Shown one piece after another: positions 42,029 to 54,278 of a stretch of DNA of 64,000 nt. Under the pieces are notes generated by a model. The model saw nothing but the letters and a program-made list of their open reading frames with translations, had not been told where the DNA came from and did no database searches. Each line of letters starts with the position of its first letter. The first letter of the stretch is position 1. Made by a program: the position numbers and the translations under genes. Location: assembly GCF_000007005.1 (NCBI RefSeq), contig NC_002754.1; one strand, written 5' to 3'. Source of the stretch: Saccharolobus solfataricus P2 (GTDB taxonomy: Archaea; Thermoproteota; Thermoprotei_A; Sulfolobales; Sulfolobaceae).

Positions 42029-43135
42029 GTGGCAAGTAAATCAGTCTTGGTTATAGGTGCTGGGCCAGCGGGTCTCTCAGCTACTAAGGAACTAGCGAAT
42101 ATGGGAGTTAATGTTGTAGTTGTTGAGAGAGAACCGTTCTTAGGTGGTACGCCCAAGAGGTTAAAGTATAGTTTATTATTCCCCGAGCTAAGACCAGCTT
42201 CTGAGGTTATCGATCCATTAGTAAAAACTGTCCAAGAGAACGGTAATGTTAAGATTTACACGGAAAGCATAGTTGATGCTGCTAAAAACACCTCTGACGG
42301 CTTTGAAATAAGTATTAAAGATAAGAATGGCAAAGTAAAGGTGGAGAAAGCTAATGCAATAATTGCAGCTTCTGGTTTTGAGCACTTCGATTCTAGAAGG
42401 AAGTATGAATACGGTTATGGTATAATTCCCAACATATACCAAATATCTGACATAGAGGGTATGCTTCACGAGAATAAGCTAGTTACCACAAAGGGAACTC
42501 CGCCTAAGAGGGTTGCAATATTATTATGTGTAGGTTCTAGAGACGCTACTGTAGGAAATACTTATTGCTCAAGAGTATGTTGTGCTGTGTCAATAAAGCA
42601 AGCTATGGAGATCAAACAGAGGATTCCAGATGCGGTAGTTCACATCTACTACATGGATATAAGAACTTATGGTCTAATGGAGGACAAATTATACTGGAAA
42701 TCGCAACTAGATTACAGGGTTGGTTATATTAGAGGTAGAATTTCAGAGTTCATGAGAGGTCCTAACGACACTGTCATAATAAAGGGAGAAGATACGATGA
42801 ACTTGAATAGGGCGCTGACTGTGCCTTATGACATGGTAATATTGGCTAATGGAATGGAGCTTGGATTGGGTTCAAAACAAGTGGCTAAGATATTGGGATT
42901 GGAGTTTGAAGAGCATGGTTTCGTTAAGCCGTTAGATCCAGATAGATTACCAGTCCAATCAACTAAGAAAGGAATATTCTTAGCTGGTGCAATAACTGGG
43001 CCTAAGACTATTTCAGATTCCATAACTGAGGGATATGCAGCAGCAATGAAAGCTTATGAATATATCACGCATGGAATATGGGAAGAGTCGGATTTCGCAA
43101 AGAAAACTGCGGAGATGAAGGTGGTACATCATTAA
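42029..43135 (+). CDS. hdrA: sHdr flavoprotein subunit A
   Basis: GAGPAG, LCVGSRD…YCSRVCC, YYMDIRTYG. Confidence 0.92.
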   Translation: MASKSVLVIGAGPAGLSATKELANMGVNVVVVEREPFLGGTPKRLKYSLLFPELRPASEVIDPLVKTVQENGNVKIYTESIVDAAKNTSDGFEISIKDKNGKVKVEKANAIIAASGFEHFDSRRKYEYGYGIIPNIYQISDIEGMLHENKLVTTKGTPPKRVAILLCVGSRDATVGNTYCSRVCCAVSIKQAMEIKQRIPDAVVHIYYMDIRTYGLMEDKLYWKSQLDYRVGYIRGRISEFMRGPNDTVIIKGEDTMNLNRALTVPYDMVILANGMELGLGSKQVAKILGLEFEEHGFVKPLDPDRLPVQSTKKGIFLAGAITGPKTISDSITEGYAAAMKAYEYITHGIWEESDFAKKTAEMKVVHH

Positions 43136-43250
43136 CATTTTTTTAAACATTGATTACGTAAGGGATATTTTTAACGCGATATTAGCTAAAGATGCAAATA
43201 ATACTGCTAAGAGCAATCCTAAGGAATCATTATCAATAATAATTAAAGCA

Positions 43251-43848
43251 ATGCAGATGAAGACTGATTTCCTTAATTCTTTAGAGATTAATACTGAGGA
43301 AGACGTAAAGAAGTTATTTGACGTAATATTTTATGCTAAGAAACATTATAGTGAAATTATAGGTAATAATGGGATTGATAAGGTTAAGCTAGCTTTCAAA
43401 ACCCTTAAAAACAAGGATTTACCTTATGATGAGAGAGTTAAAGCTTTTACTTCACTTAAGGCTAGTGAACCAGAAGATATTGAGGACATGGCTAAGGAAA
43501 TAATTCACTTCCTAGAACCTGAAAAATATCCGTTATGGACTAGATGGGTCTGGAACCCCAGTAAGAACTCTGGTTCAATCACTTATGTGTTAAAGGATGG
43601 AGTAGTGTTGAAGAATGAAAAGGAGTATTTTGACGCGGTTTCTGAGCTGAGGGAAGTTCTTTCAATCTTTGGATTAGACTCACCTAATTATTATTATACT
43701 TCAATTTTTTTAGTATACTCTTACGTTAGATATGTAGATTATGCTACTCTGCTGGCTGTAGATAGGAAGGGAGGTGGGCTTTATCCATCTCACCTTTCTA
43801 CTACAGCCATGGTTTTAGGTCTAAAGTCTTTCCTTAGGGTGATCCAAC

Positions 43849-43862
<14 letters not shown>
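43251..43862 (+). CDS. sHdr-cluster conserved hypothetical protein (sHdrH/Hyp)
   Basis: Canonical position between hdrA and hdrC2; [19 protein letters not shown] motif. Confidence 0.8.
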
Positions 43863-44537
<675 letters not shown>

Positions 44538-44541
<4 letters not shown>

Positions 44542-45455
44542 CATTACCTACACCTTATGGTAAAGTAGCATTTTATCCAGGCTGTGCTTTAGATGGATTA
44601 GGTAAATCTTATGACGTCTCATTAAAACTAGTTGCACAAGATCTAGGTATCCCGTTGGAGAAAATCGAGGACTATAACTGTTGTGGCGCATTAGAAGTAA
44701 AGAACGTAAATACTATGGCAGGAGTGTTATTACCAGCAAGGAACTTGGCATTAGCTAGGGAAATGGGGGCCGATGCGGTAGTTTCAGCTTGTCCTGGTTG
44801 TCACTATTCCTTATCTAGAACTCAATATTATCTGACTAAATACCCCAAATTAAGAGAAAAGACTAATATGTATTTAGAAAAAATGGGTACTAAGAATTAT
44901 GATCTAAAGTTAATGCTAGTTCACGCTGTTGAATATATTTACAATACTGTAGGGATTGAGGCTATTAAAACTAAGGTAAGAAGACCGCTCACTGGGTTAA
45001 AAGTAGCACCATATTATGGATGCCTATACGTTAGGCCTAAATCATATACACTAGCTGGATATATGAAAATGAGGGATGACCCAGAGAGGCCATTCTTTAT
45101 GGACGAGATACTGAAGGCCTTAGGTGCAGAAGTGGTACCATTTGAGGCTAAGACGATGTGTTGTGGTGGTCCTCATGTATACTCTGATGTAGAAGTAGCC
45201 TTACACTTAGAGGCTAGAATATTAAAGGAGGCTAAAAGAAATGGTGCGGAGATATTAGTCACAGATTGTCCTCTAGGTCACGTGGCTATTGAAACTAACA
45301 TGGAGAAAATAGCTCAAAAGTATGGCGAAGATCTAAGGACGCCATTAGCTTACTTCTCGCAACTGGTGGCCTTCGCCTTTGGCCATAGCCCAGAAGAGAC
45401 TTTGCTTACGGCAAATATTACTAATCCAATGTCAATACTCAAAAGATATTTGTAA
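44538..45455 (+). CDS. hdrB2: sHdr subunit B2
   Basis: FYPGC, NCCG, ACPGC, YYGC, MCCG, TDCPLG CCG domains. Confidence 0.92.
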
Positions 45456-45476
45456 ACCTTTTTCCATTTATTATAT

Positions 45477-46139
45477 ATGTCTTTTTTATTCATAGATTTT
45501 AACACGCATTACGGTATAAGACTTTATAATTACACGGAAGAGCCTAAGCTTACAGAAGATGAAATAGAGATAAAGCGAATTTTACTAAATCCGATTTATA
45601 AGTACTCATGCGACTGCTGTGTAGATGGTTTTTATCAGCAATATCTTTGGGGAAGGAAAGATTATACACTAAAGCTTGGTATATATAATCCGAGATGCAG
45701 AGTTCCTCCTCAGGTGGAGCTCATTAGACAAGTGGATAGGGGTATAATTGGTGTAGTTCTAAGCCCTAAACATCACAACTTTTCATTACTTCATTCATCG
45801 CTTAACTTCGTGTATGAACTAATAGATAAGAGGGGATTAATTCTGGTACTATATGATCCTTCTTTAGACGAACTAAGATGGTTATTGGATAAATATACTT
45901 TTCCCGTTGTACTCATTAATAGTGAACACGTTGTTGACAACGAGAGAGTCTATTATGTAGTGAATCATTCTTCGAAAATTATCGATCCAAGAAGAAGTAT
46001 TTATGGTAGTGATGCTCCGTATAATTCTCTTAATTTAATTCAAAGTGCAAAACTCTTTATAAAAAACCACGGCTATAATGAGGATGTTGCATATAAAAAC
46101 GCAATAGAACTATTGAACCATGTTAATGCTAATTTTTAA
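45477..46139 (+). CDS. Amidohydrolase_2-like TIM-barrel protein (degenerate)
   Basis: IDFNTH (vs DxHxH), LSPKHH, YGSDAPY. Confidence 0.65.
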   Translation: MSFLFIDFNTHYGIRLYNYTEEPKLTEDEIEIKRILLNPIYKYSCDCCVDGFYQQYLWGRKDYTLKLGIYNPRCRVPPQVELIRQVDRGIIGVVLSPKHHNFSLLHSSLNFVYELIDKRGLILVLYDPSLDELRWLLDKYTFPVVLINSEHVVDNERVYYVVNHSSKIIDPRRSIYGSDAPYNSLNLIQSAKLFIKNHGYNEDVAYKNAIELLNHVNANF

Positions 46140-46190
46140 TAAGACCAACATTAAAGGTTTTTATGATAATTCTCCTAACTTATTATTGAA

Positions 46191-46706
46191 ATGTGCGAGT
46201 TTAAAGTAGTTACTATTGAAAGACCCATAAGAGAAGATAATAATACTGTCTTAATTGACTATTATGATTTTGTTAAAATAAGTGATACTAAAATAATGAA
46301 CGTCCTTGTCAAAGATTCAAGGGAAAATTACAGTAAAAGCTATTATTATTACATAAGAGATTATCTCAATAAGTTAAGAATACTTAAGGAGAACATGATT
46401 AACGTCAAGCTAGTATTTCCTTTTGAAAAGGCTAATGGTTCGTTAAACCTTAAGAAAGGGATAATTTACGTAACTAACGACAAGCAATTAGTTTACATGA
46501 ACCTACATTCAAATGTATACGCTAATTGTGAAAATTGCATTGCGAAACCCTTCTGTACTTACTATTTAGCCAAAATCATTGGGGAAAATAGGTTAAAGAT
46601 TGGTGTAAATAAGGGCAATCCTGGAGAAAGTTGGGATAAGGCTCTATCCTCTTTACAATCTAAGTATGTAAAGACTAAAGTAATTGAACTCCCTCCTTCT
46701 GATTAG
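46191..46706 (+). CDS. Hypothetical protein with CxxCx5C motif
   Basis: ANCENCIAKPFC. Confidence 0.7.
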   Translation: MCEFKVVTIERPIREDNNTVLIDYYDFVKISDTKIMNVLVKDSRENYSKSYYYYIRDYLNKLRILKENMINVKLVFPFEKANGSLNLKKGIIYVTNDKQLVYMNLHSNVYANCENCIAKPFCTYYLAKIIGENRLKIGVNKGNPGESWDKALSSLQSKYVKTKVIELPPSD

Positions 46707-46831
46707 GGCAGAAAGTTTAATAGACGTTAATTGATATCTCAGTAATAGTGATGAGCCCAGCTCACTAGATTGGATGAAGAAGGGTACGAACGCTGAGAAA
46801 AGTTTAAGTCGTTTGTTTCCATAGTCCACAT

Positions 46832-48007
46832 ATGAATCCGATAATTCTAGCACTTTTTGATGTGTCAATTTTCATCTTGTTAGCAGAAATTTTAAGCTCC
46901 CTTGTACAGAAATACGGTTTACCTAAGCTTATAGGTGAATTATTAGCTGGAATGATAATAGGCCCTTACGCCTTAGGTTCTTTATTAAATCAGTTGCTGG
47001 GCTTCCCCCTAATAGGCATAAATAGTTATATCGAATTTTTAGCTGAGTTTTCCGTAATTCTATTGATATTCGCCTCTGGTTTAGAACATGGAATTGCACC
47101 AATAAAGTCTTCTGGCATTCTAGGATTCCTAGGAGCAACGTTTGGTGCATTATTACCCTTTTTCGCAGCATATTACTTCTATATCTCAAGTTTTGGTTTA
47201 GATTCTGCTTTGATACTCGGTACCGCGATGGGGGCTACTAGTCTTGCAGCTGTAGCGTCTATAATTGAAGAAGGGAAATTGAAAGGTAAGGGTATAAACT
47301 TTATGGTCTCCTCTGCTGCAGCAGACGATGTAGTGGATTTACTTTTATTATCGGTTGTTATAGCTATTTTACAAGGTGAGTCTACAAGCGTTACCTCTAT
47401 CAGTTTGAAAATAATCGCACTTGTAGTCATATGGGTAGTCATTTTAGTAGTTTCAATTATCTTAATTCCGAAAATAACTGATAGGATAAGCGATAAGTAC
47501 ATAGAAGAGTTCCCATTAGCAGTACTATTTGGTTTGACGCTATTAATGGTGTCACTGGGTTACTCCCCAATAATTTCGGCGTTCGTTGCGGGCGTTGCAT
47601 TTGCAAATAGTGTAAAGAACAGCAAAATAAAGGAAATAAGTAGTACGTTACTTAGTGTTTTCGGCCCATTATTTTTCGTGTACATAGGTGCCGAAGTCAA
47701 CTTTCTAACGCTTAATCTTAATACTGTAATATTATCCTTAGAACTAACTGCAATTGCCACAATTTTCAAATGGTTAGGGATATTCCCGTTTGCTCTAGCT
47801 TATTTAAGGAATGCAAAAGCAGCGAATACGGTAGCGTTAGGAATGGTACCTAGAGGTGAAACTGGATTAGTTATTGCTTCCTTAGGCCTTTCATATAACG
47901 CACTAAACCAAGAGGAATTTGAGGGTATAGTTTTCATGTCAATATTTACCACATTGATAGGTAGTGCGTTGTTTAAAATCTACGCTAAGAAGCATTTGGT
48001 CTCATGA
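46832..48007 (+). CDS. CPA2-family cation:proton antiporter
   Basis: IGELLAGMIIGP, ATSLA, AAADDVV, PLFFVYIG, MVPRGE. Confidence 0.92.
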   Translation: MNPIILALFDVSIFILLAEILSSLVQKYGLPKLIGELLAGMIIGPYALGSLLNQLLGFPLIGINSYIEFLAEFSVILLIFASGLEHGIAPIKSSGILGFLGATFGALLPFFAAYYFYISSFGLDSALILGTAMGATSLAAVASIIEEGKLKGKGINFMVSSAAADDVVDLLLLSVVIAILQGESTSVTSISLKIIALVVIWVVILVVSIILIPKITDRISDKYIEEFPLAVLFGLTLLMVSLGYSPIISAFVAGVAFANSVKNSKIKEISSTLLSVFGPLFFVYIGAEVNFLTLNLNTVILSLELTAIATIFKWLGIFPFALAYLRNAKAANTVALGMVPRGETGLVIASLGLSYNALNQEEFEGIVFMSIFTTLIGSALFKIYAKKHLVS

Positions 48008-49136
48008 TCAAGTTTAAGATTAGTGCAAAGGAGATTAACGAAGTTATAGCGGCGAATAGATACGCATATGTATAGCTTATTTGATATAAGAACCCCATTA
48101 TTACATTACCAAGAAATATCCCAATACTTCTACCTGCTGATAAGTAGCCCATACTTGTACTAAATGCTTCTTCTTTAGTTATCTTCGATATTATGGTAGG
48201 TTCAAAAGTCTCAGTTGAGGCGACACTAGTTCCCATTAAGAAAGAGAGAGGATAAAGGGAAAACACTCCAAAACTCGATAAATACGCAAACCCCAGAGAT
48301 CCTAGTGCTCCAATTAAATATCCTAGAAATGCTAAACTTTCAAATTCTTTCATTCTTATTCTACCAAATAGGTACCCAAATAAAGAGGAAGCGCCAAGAA
48401 ATATGCCATAAGATAATACTCCCAAATACTCCTTTCCAGTAATCTCTGTTGTAGTTAGAATAGGAAATCCAAAGCTGTACTGACTAAATCCGAAGAACAT
48501 TGTAGATAATATAAGAGTCCAGAAGACCCTTTTTTGGGTTATTTTACTTTCTGCTTCTTTTCTCTTCGCTTTCTCACTTTTCTTCCCAGCATTTACCATG
48601 GTTAAAACAATTGTTGACATAAGCAAAGGTATTGAGGTGAATAAAAGAACAAAAAAGATGGAAACGCGAAGGTAAAGTAATACAGTTAGATAAATTATTG
48701 CTATTAACGCACCAGCGATGTCTAAAGAATGCAAAATTCCAAATGCCTCAGATCTCTCTTCCGGTGATGTGACTTCAGCCATCATCGCCCTTCTTGGTGG
48801 TGATCTAAAGTTCCTAAACCACCACCCTATCATGAAGAATATGAGGGCTTGAATGTAATCCCTAGATAGTCCTATTAGGGAAGTAAATAGAATAAGAACA
48901 TTTCCAAGAATAGCAATCCTTTTTCTCCCAAACCTATCCCCAGCTAAACCTCCAGCATAAGCCATAACAGTACCAATCCCGTAATTTAATGCCTCAGCAA
49001 AACCATAAAGGGGAATTGGAGCTTTAAAGATCAATACGAAAATTATTGGAAAAGAGGCTACTACAGCCTGGTATCCAAGATCAGCGAAAAAGGCTGAAAA
49101 GGAGATTTTCAAGACTTCGTTTCTGTTTTTAAGCAT
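47985..49136 (-). CDS. MFS transporter
   Basis: GLAGDRFGRKR motif A, FRSPPRRAMMAE, about 12 TM segments. Confidence 0.9.
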   Translation of the reverse strand: MLKNRNEVLKISFSAFFADLGYQAVVASFPIIFVLIFKAPIPLYGFAEALNYGIGTVMAYAGGLAGDRFGRKRIAILGNVLILFTSLIGLSRDYIQALIFFMIGWWFRNFRSPPRRAMMAEVTSPEERSEAFGILHSLDIAGALIAIIYLTVLLYLRVSIFFVLLFTSIPLLMSTIVLTMVNAGKKSEKAKRKEAESKITQKRVFWTLILSTMFFGFSQYSFGFPILTTTEITGKEYLGVLSYGIFLGASSLFGYLFGRIRMKEFESLAFLGYLIGALGSLGFAYLSSFGVFSLYPLSFLMGTSVASTETFEPTIISKITKEEAFSTSMGYLSAGRSIGIFLGNVIMGFLYQISYTYAYLFAAITSLISFALILNLIMRPNAS

Positions 49137-49182
49137 ACTAAAAATAAGGAGGAAAAATAGTAATAAAAATAATGATTATATC

Positions 49183-52100
49183 TTACCTTCTCCTTCTTAC
49201 TAGAGCCAATATTGCCAGAACTATTGCTATAATACCGATCGCTAAAGATATACTCTGATATTCTAATGATGCAGTCCTTAAAGAAGATATAGAAGATGAT
49301 AAACTATTACTTACATTAGTTAATTGGTTAGATATTACATTCACCTTAGTATTTAGATTAGTTAGACCGTTTTCAAAATACAGATAACTACTATTACTAC
49401 TACTTAAACCATCACTTTGAATTGCTGTTACTGTTAAATTATACCCACCATCTGGATAATTTTGAGTATTTATAGTTACTATATGGGTCCCATTTGTTGT
49501 AAATGAATTTATCAAGTTACCATTCAAGTATACGTTAATCCTACTTACATCTTCACCAATTACATTGACGGTAACATTAACTGTTCCAGTTACGTTCTTA
49601 GAAGGTAAGTTTATCGAAATACTTGGTAATTCAGGGTATAAACCTTGGATATGAATGTTTATTGGAACTACTTTAGAGTTAACTACGTTTAATCCATTTA
49701 TACTTCCACCTATGGCGTACAGAGTTGAATTGTATAATGTAATGTTATTCGCATTACTCTGCATTATCAACACAGTGGAATTTCTAATTACTATATTAGA
49801 TATGTTCCCATTCAATATTTTTACATTGCTGTTAACGATAATAACGTTAGTAAGGAAGTCATTTAATAGATTGCCACTTACATTCAATATCTTCACGTTA
49901 ACTAAACTTGCATATGATGGTAACGTCTTATCTAAGGTTTGATTTGTAAATAAGGTATATGGCAATACGTTGATTGTATAAGCATTACCAGAATTGGTAG
50001 TGGTTGGATTACCTAAGGCTGAAATTCCGGTTATTAAGACCTTGAATGGCACTCCGAAATATCCTTGTCCAGCTAAATAAGTTAGATTTCCTGCACTAAT
50101 TGCTGAAGGCAGTGTGAAATTCCCTTCCCATTCTCCTATCTTAGGATTATACCACAGCGGTATCTCTATTATTGAACTTATCGTAGTATAATTAAATGAG
50201 AGGCTCGAGGGGTACACGGTAGCACTAAACATTCCGAACTTAATTTCATTAGTACCATTTGTTATATTAGCGTAAATGAAAACAGTTTGTCCCTCAAATG
50301 CATAGTTAACTGACTTCACTGAGATCGTGGCTTGATTAGAAACGTATATTTGACCGTAGTAGAATCCTCGAATTGTAGTGTTCAAAGTATAAGAGTAATA
50401 GGTTGCAAATAGTAGAACATTATAAAGCCCAGAGGGAGTATTTTTAGGTATGTACAAATATCCGAAGTAGATTCCATTTGGTGATAATGGTATATTAGCC
50501 TCATTTATTACGACACCATTACTACTTACCAATTTAGCAGTAATGTTAGTACCTTGTAATGCATCTTGGAATGTAGTACTGGGTAAGTTAACTGGCGGTA
50601 TAATTGATCCCTCTATTGTAATGTGTTGCCCAGGGGAAACACTGCCCGGTTCAACTACCACTTGTGGCAATATGAATAAGGTTTGCATGTATACTCCATT
50701 GGTAAATGCGTCAAATCCATAGGCATTACCTTCAGCTATAATCAATAGATCTCCTATGCTTAAGTCTGGTGGCAAATCGATAACTCCTACTCCATTCTTA
50801 ATAGGTACACTTAACGTCGTTACAAACGTGTATGCGTTTGTTGTTATGTTATAGGAGTAAATATTAAGGGTAATATTCATTACTCCAATTGGCGCCTGGA
50901 AATATGAGTTAGATAAGGTAATTCCCAGTTCAGCATTACCCAACTCTACATAAACTGGTGTAAAAGTCGTCGTATAATTGAATGTTATGTAGTATCCAGA
51001 GAAGGTCTCATAGTACCCAATTCCTCTTAATCCATCACTACTTCCATAAACGTAGACAAATAAGATACCACTAGCTTTATTGGATAAAACACCACTACCA
51101 GTCCATAATTTAGTAAGTGAATTATATGTCAGATTAAACGTAGTTAAGTTCCCAAGATAGTTCTCTATTAATGCCTTGAATTCGCCAGTTTGTACTGGAC
51201 TTCCGTTAGGATATGTTATATTAGCAGTGACTAGAATACGTTGTCCAGGATAGAATTGTTGAGGAGATACTGTGGGTATTGATGTATTGTAAACGCTAAC
51301 TATCACATTTAGCTCTTTTGATAAATTAAGTGTGGGTAGTATTTTTTCAAAATATCCTGCGTTAATTGTACCGTAGCCTGTTACCAAGTTATAGCCATAA
51401 GTTGCAACCCACGGTATGTTATAACCAAACGTTATTGGCTCTATTACCTTACCGTAGTAATTCTCAGCCATGTAAGTTAGTATAGGATTAAGTAAACCTA
51501 TTCTATGATGAGTATAGCTTTCAATTGTGGCTAGCACTCCAGCAGTTAAAGGAGAAGCCTCACTTGTGCCACCTGTTATCCCGGTTGTGTTACTTGGTAA
51601 AACGATGTATATTCCAGGATATACATTGGCGTTAGCGGAGATCTCTGGTATTAACTTACCGTTTGGATAAGTAGATGGTGTAGGTAGTCCCCATTGATAC
51701 CACGGTTTAGGCTCTATTATACTTACACCACCAGTTGAACCACCATAATTTACATTATTTGGAACGAAACCATAGTTGGACCAAGCAGTCTGATAATACG
51801 AACCGTTAGGGAATTGCACATATACAGTCGTACCTCCCACTGAAGTTACGAAAGGTGACGTTGAGGGATACCCTACAGTGCCTATTGGTCCATTACTATA
51901 CCCAGAGCCTCCAGCATCTCCAGAACTTGCTAGGAAAGTTATTCCCTCAGCTGAACCTAGTGCATAGTACTCATCACTTAATATTATACATGAATAGAAT
52001 AATGGCCCGTTGAAAAGTGAGGAAAAGAGACTTTCTGGTATGCTAAAGCTTTGGGATAACGTATCAACTTTATTTTGACTTGTAATATATGCGATAATAG

Positions 52101-52992
52101 CGGGTAAAGGAATATTTGGATTAGCGATATATAGCGTTATGTTAGCCTTTGGAGCTATTGCGTGTGCTACTTCAACATCCAGGCTAATCTCTCCAGCCCA
52201 ACCAGTTACAATACCTAAGTTAGGATTATAGGGTCCAATTGGTACTACACTAAAGTTGGGAGGATTTGGTAATCCAGTTATTTTATCAAAATACGCTAAT
52301 TGCTGTACAATGTAAGGATCGCCATAAAAGTCTAGTATTCCTATTGTAGTATTCTCTCCCTCTGTAGTAACATTGTACACTTTTTGTAACACAGTTGGCC
52401 AATAGCCTTCAAGTGGAAATGTTTGATTTATCTCTTGCTGAAAACTCTTTATTGTACTCTCTGTAATTAATGTAGATGGATGGGCGAAGAATATTGCAGA
52501 AATGTTACTGGAGTATACATAGGCGTTTATCTTGGGATATCCGTAATTAGTGTAATAGGTTACGGAACCATTAGAGTAAACCGCATACTTAGTACCTAAA
52601 TACTTCTCAACTTGCCCCACTGTACCTTTTATTACTATTACTGAGTTCGATGCAGTAAATATCACTTGAAATCCGCTACTTTTGACGTAGTTTAGAATTT
52701 GGTTATACTCTTCAGTAGGTAAGAATAACTGCTGAACCTCGTGAGGACTTAAGAATTTATGATATAATGGTGAAGCTGGATTTGAAGCTCCACTGGCGTA
52801 ATAGTATAATAGATCTAGATTTTTAAGTGGTACGAAGATTGTAACTATTACCTCTTCATTGGCATTTAGTGTTCCTATTTCTCTAAATTCTTTCAAAGTT
52901 ATTGGATTCTGGTACATATTGGGATTTGATGCAAAAACTAATGGTATAATGGAAATTAATAGCATCGACATTAAAAATATATATCGATACAT
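49183..52992 (-). CDS. Membrane-anchored S53 (sedolisin/kumamolisin) protease with pro-domain
   Basis: Signal peptide, pro-kumamolisin domain (LYHKFLSP), catalytic E-x3-D (GEISLDVE), SSGDAG, GGTSEASP; C-terminal TM helix. Confidence 0.93.
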   Translation of the reverse strand: MYRYIFLMSMLLISIIPLVFASNPNMYQNPITLKEFREIGTLNANEEVIVTIFVPLKNLDLLYYYASGASNPASPLYHKFLSPHEVQQLFLPTEEYNQILNYVKSSGFQVIFTASNSVIVIKGTVGQVEKYLGTKYAVYSNGSVTYYTNYGYPKINAYVYSSNISAIFFAHPSTLITESTIKSFQQEINQTFPLEGYWPTVLQKVYNVTTEGENTTIGILDFYGDPYIVQQLAYFDKITGLPNPPNFSVVPIGPYNPNLGIVTGWAGEISLDVEVAHAIAPKANITLYIANPNIPLPAIIAYITSQNKVDTLSQSFSIPESLFSSLFNGPLFYSCIILSDEYYALGSAEGITFLASSGDAGGSGYSNGPIGTVGYPSTSPFVTSVGGTTVYVQFPNGSYYQTAWSNYGFVPNNVNYGGSTGGVSIIEPKPWYQWGLPTPSTYPNGKLIPEISANANVYPGIYIVLPSNTTGITGGTSEASPLTAGVLATIESYTHHRIGLLNPILTYMAENYYGKVIEPITFGYNIPWVATYGYNLVTGYGTINAGYFEKILPTLNLSKELNVIVSVYNTSIPTVSPQQFYPGQRILVTANITYPNGSPVQTGEFKALIENYLGNLTTFNLTYNSLTKLWTGSGVLSNKASGILFVYVYGSSDGLRGIGYYETFSGYYITFNYTTTFTPVYVELGNAELGITLSNSYFQAPIGVMNITLNIYSYNITTNAYTFVTTLSVPIKNGVGVIDLPPDLSIGDLLIIAEGNAYGFDAFTNGVYMQTLFILPQVVVEPGSVSPGQHITIEGSIIPPVNLPSTTFQDALQGTNITAKLVSSNGVVINEANIPLSPNGIYFGYLYIPKNTPSGLYNVLLFATYYSYTLNTTIRGFYYGQIYVSNQATISVKSVNYAFEGQTVFIYANITNGTNEIKFGMFSATVYPSSLSFNYTTISSIIEIPLWYNPKIGEWEGNFTLPSAISAGNLTYLAGQGYFGVPFKVLITGISALGNPTTTNSGNAYTINVLPYTLFTNQTLDKTLPSYASLVNVKILNVSGNLLNDFLTNVIIVNSNVKILNGNISNIVIRNSTVLIMQSNANNITLYNSTLYAIGGSINGLNVVNSKVVPINIHIQGLYPELPSISINLPSKNVTGTVNVTVNVIGEDVSRINVYLNGNLINSFTTNGTHIVTINTQNYPDGGYNLTVTAIQSDGLSSSNSSYLYFENGLTNLNTKVNVISNQLTNVSNSLSSSISSLRTASLEYQSISLAIGIIAIVLAILALVRRRR

Positions 52993-53162
52993 ATTTGTTT
53001 ATACTGTTACTAATTTTTAAACTTTTCTACCAATAAGTGTACTGATCAGTGTACTAGTATCCTCTAATTCTTCTTAAATAGAGCTATATCTATTGTTCTA
53101 TCTCAATTTGGTATTATCAATTAACGTAATACTTGACAATTAGTTGGTTATAAGATAAAAAA

Positions 53163-54278
53163 TCATTGAACCTTTCTGCTCTGCTTAGTAAATAAAAGTG
53201 GCAATAAGGTAAGAACTCCTATTAGGCTACAAGACAAAGTATATATTTCAGAGGTTCTAAGACTTATCGTGTAAAGCAATGCAAATATAATACTACCTAA
53301 CACACCGCCTAAAGCCTTACCAGTATATAATATACCACTATTCACTGTGGAAAACTTAAAGCCGAATATCTCCGTGGAAACGTTAAAATAGAGTGTAATT
53401 AGTGAGCCTCCTGCAAAGCCTACTAAAATCGTTGAAAGTGCTATTTCCCCTAAAAGTAAAGAAATACTACCTAACGTTAATACAATGGTAAGAAGGAACG
53501 TTGTTCTCAATATACCTAATCTATCAGCAATATAGCCGAAAATTGGCCTTAATCCTCCACTTAATAAGGGTAAGATTGAGATCAAAGTTACTAATTCTTG
53601 TTGAGGTAAACCTTTTCCTAGTATTGGTAATTCTGAAGAAAGTACTGTTAGCGGAACTATGGAAGTTGCGAAAGAAAGGTAGATTAGCCAGAATTTGACA
53701 CTTAAAACGGCTTGCCTTGGAGTCTGACCAGATAGTTTAGGAGGATAATCTGAGATGTACAAGAGAATTGGTAATAGTACTATCTCAACTAATCCTATTG
53801 CGAGTGTTACTATTCTGTAATTACCAGCCATGGATATAAAGGGATTAGCTATGGCCGAACCTATTCCAAATCCCATTGACACAATCCCAGTTGCAAATCC
53901 CATTCTTTCCCTAAACCACTTCATTGCTAGGTTTGCAGCTATTCCGTAAAGTATGCCCTCTCCTATACTACCTATTGACCAGCTTACAAAAAAGACGTAA
54001 ATATTAGGGGAAAGATAAGTACCCAGAAAACCAATTGCTGATAAAATTGCTGAGATAACCCCTATCCTTTTTGGACCTTGTTTATCAGCAAAGTGACCCC
54101 CAATTGGTTGAAAAACAGAGGAGAATACGCTGAACAACGTAAAGCCTAAGGCTATCTCAACTACACTAACATTAAATCCCTCTCTTAAGAGAGGCTCTAA
54201 AGCGTTCCAAGAATATTGGTAAAGTGAATTAAAGCACATTATTACGAAGCCAATAATTATGTACTTGTTCCTTTTCAT
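53163..54278 (-). CDS. MFS transporter, oxalate:formate antiporter (OFA) family
   Basis: SLYQYSWN, GHFADKQGPK, KWFRERMGFATG. Confidence 0.85.
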   Translation of the reverse strand: MKRNKYIIIGFVIMCFNSLYQYSWNALEPLLREGFNVSVVEIALGFTLFSVFSSVFQPIGGHFADKQGPKRIGVISAILSAIGFLGTYLSPNIYVFFVSWSIGSIGEGILYGIAANLAMKWFRERMGFATGIVSMGFGIGSAIANPFISMAGNYRIVTLAIGLVEIVLLPILLYISDYPPKLSGQTPRQAVLSVKFWLIYLSFATSIVPLTVLSSELPILGKGLPQQELVTLISILPLLSGGLRPIFGYIADRLGILRTTFLLTIVLTLGSISLLLGEIALSTILVGFAGGSLITLYFNVSTEIFGFKFSTVNSGILYTGKALGGVLGSIIFALLYTISLRTSEIYTLSCSLIGVLTLLPLLFTKQSRKVQ

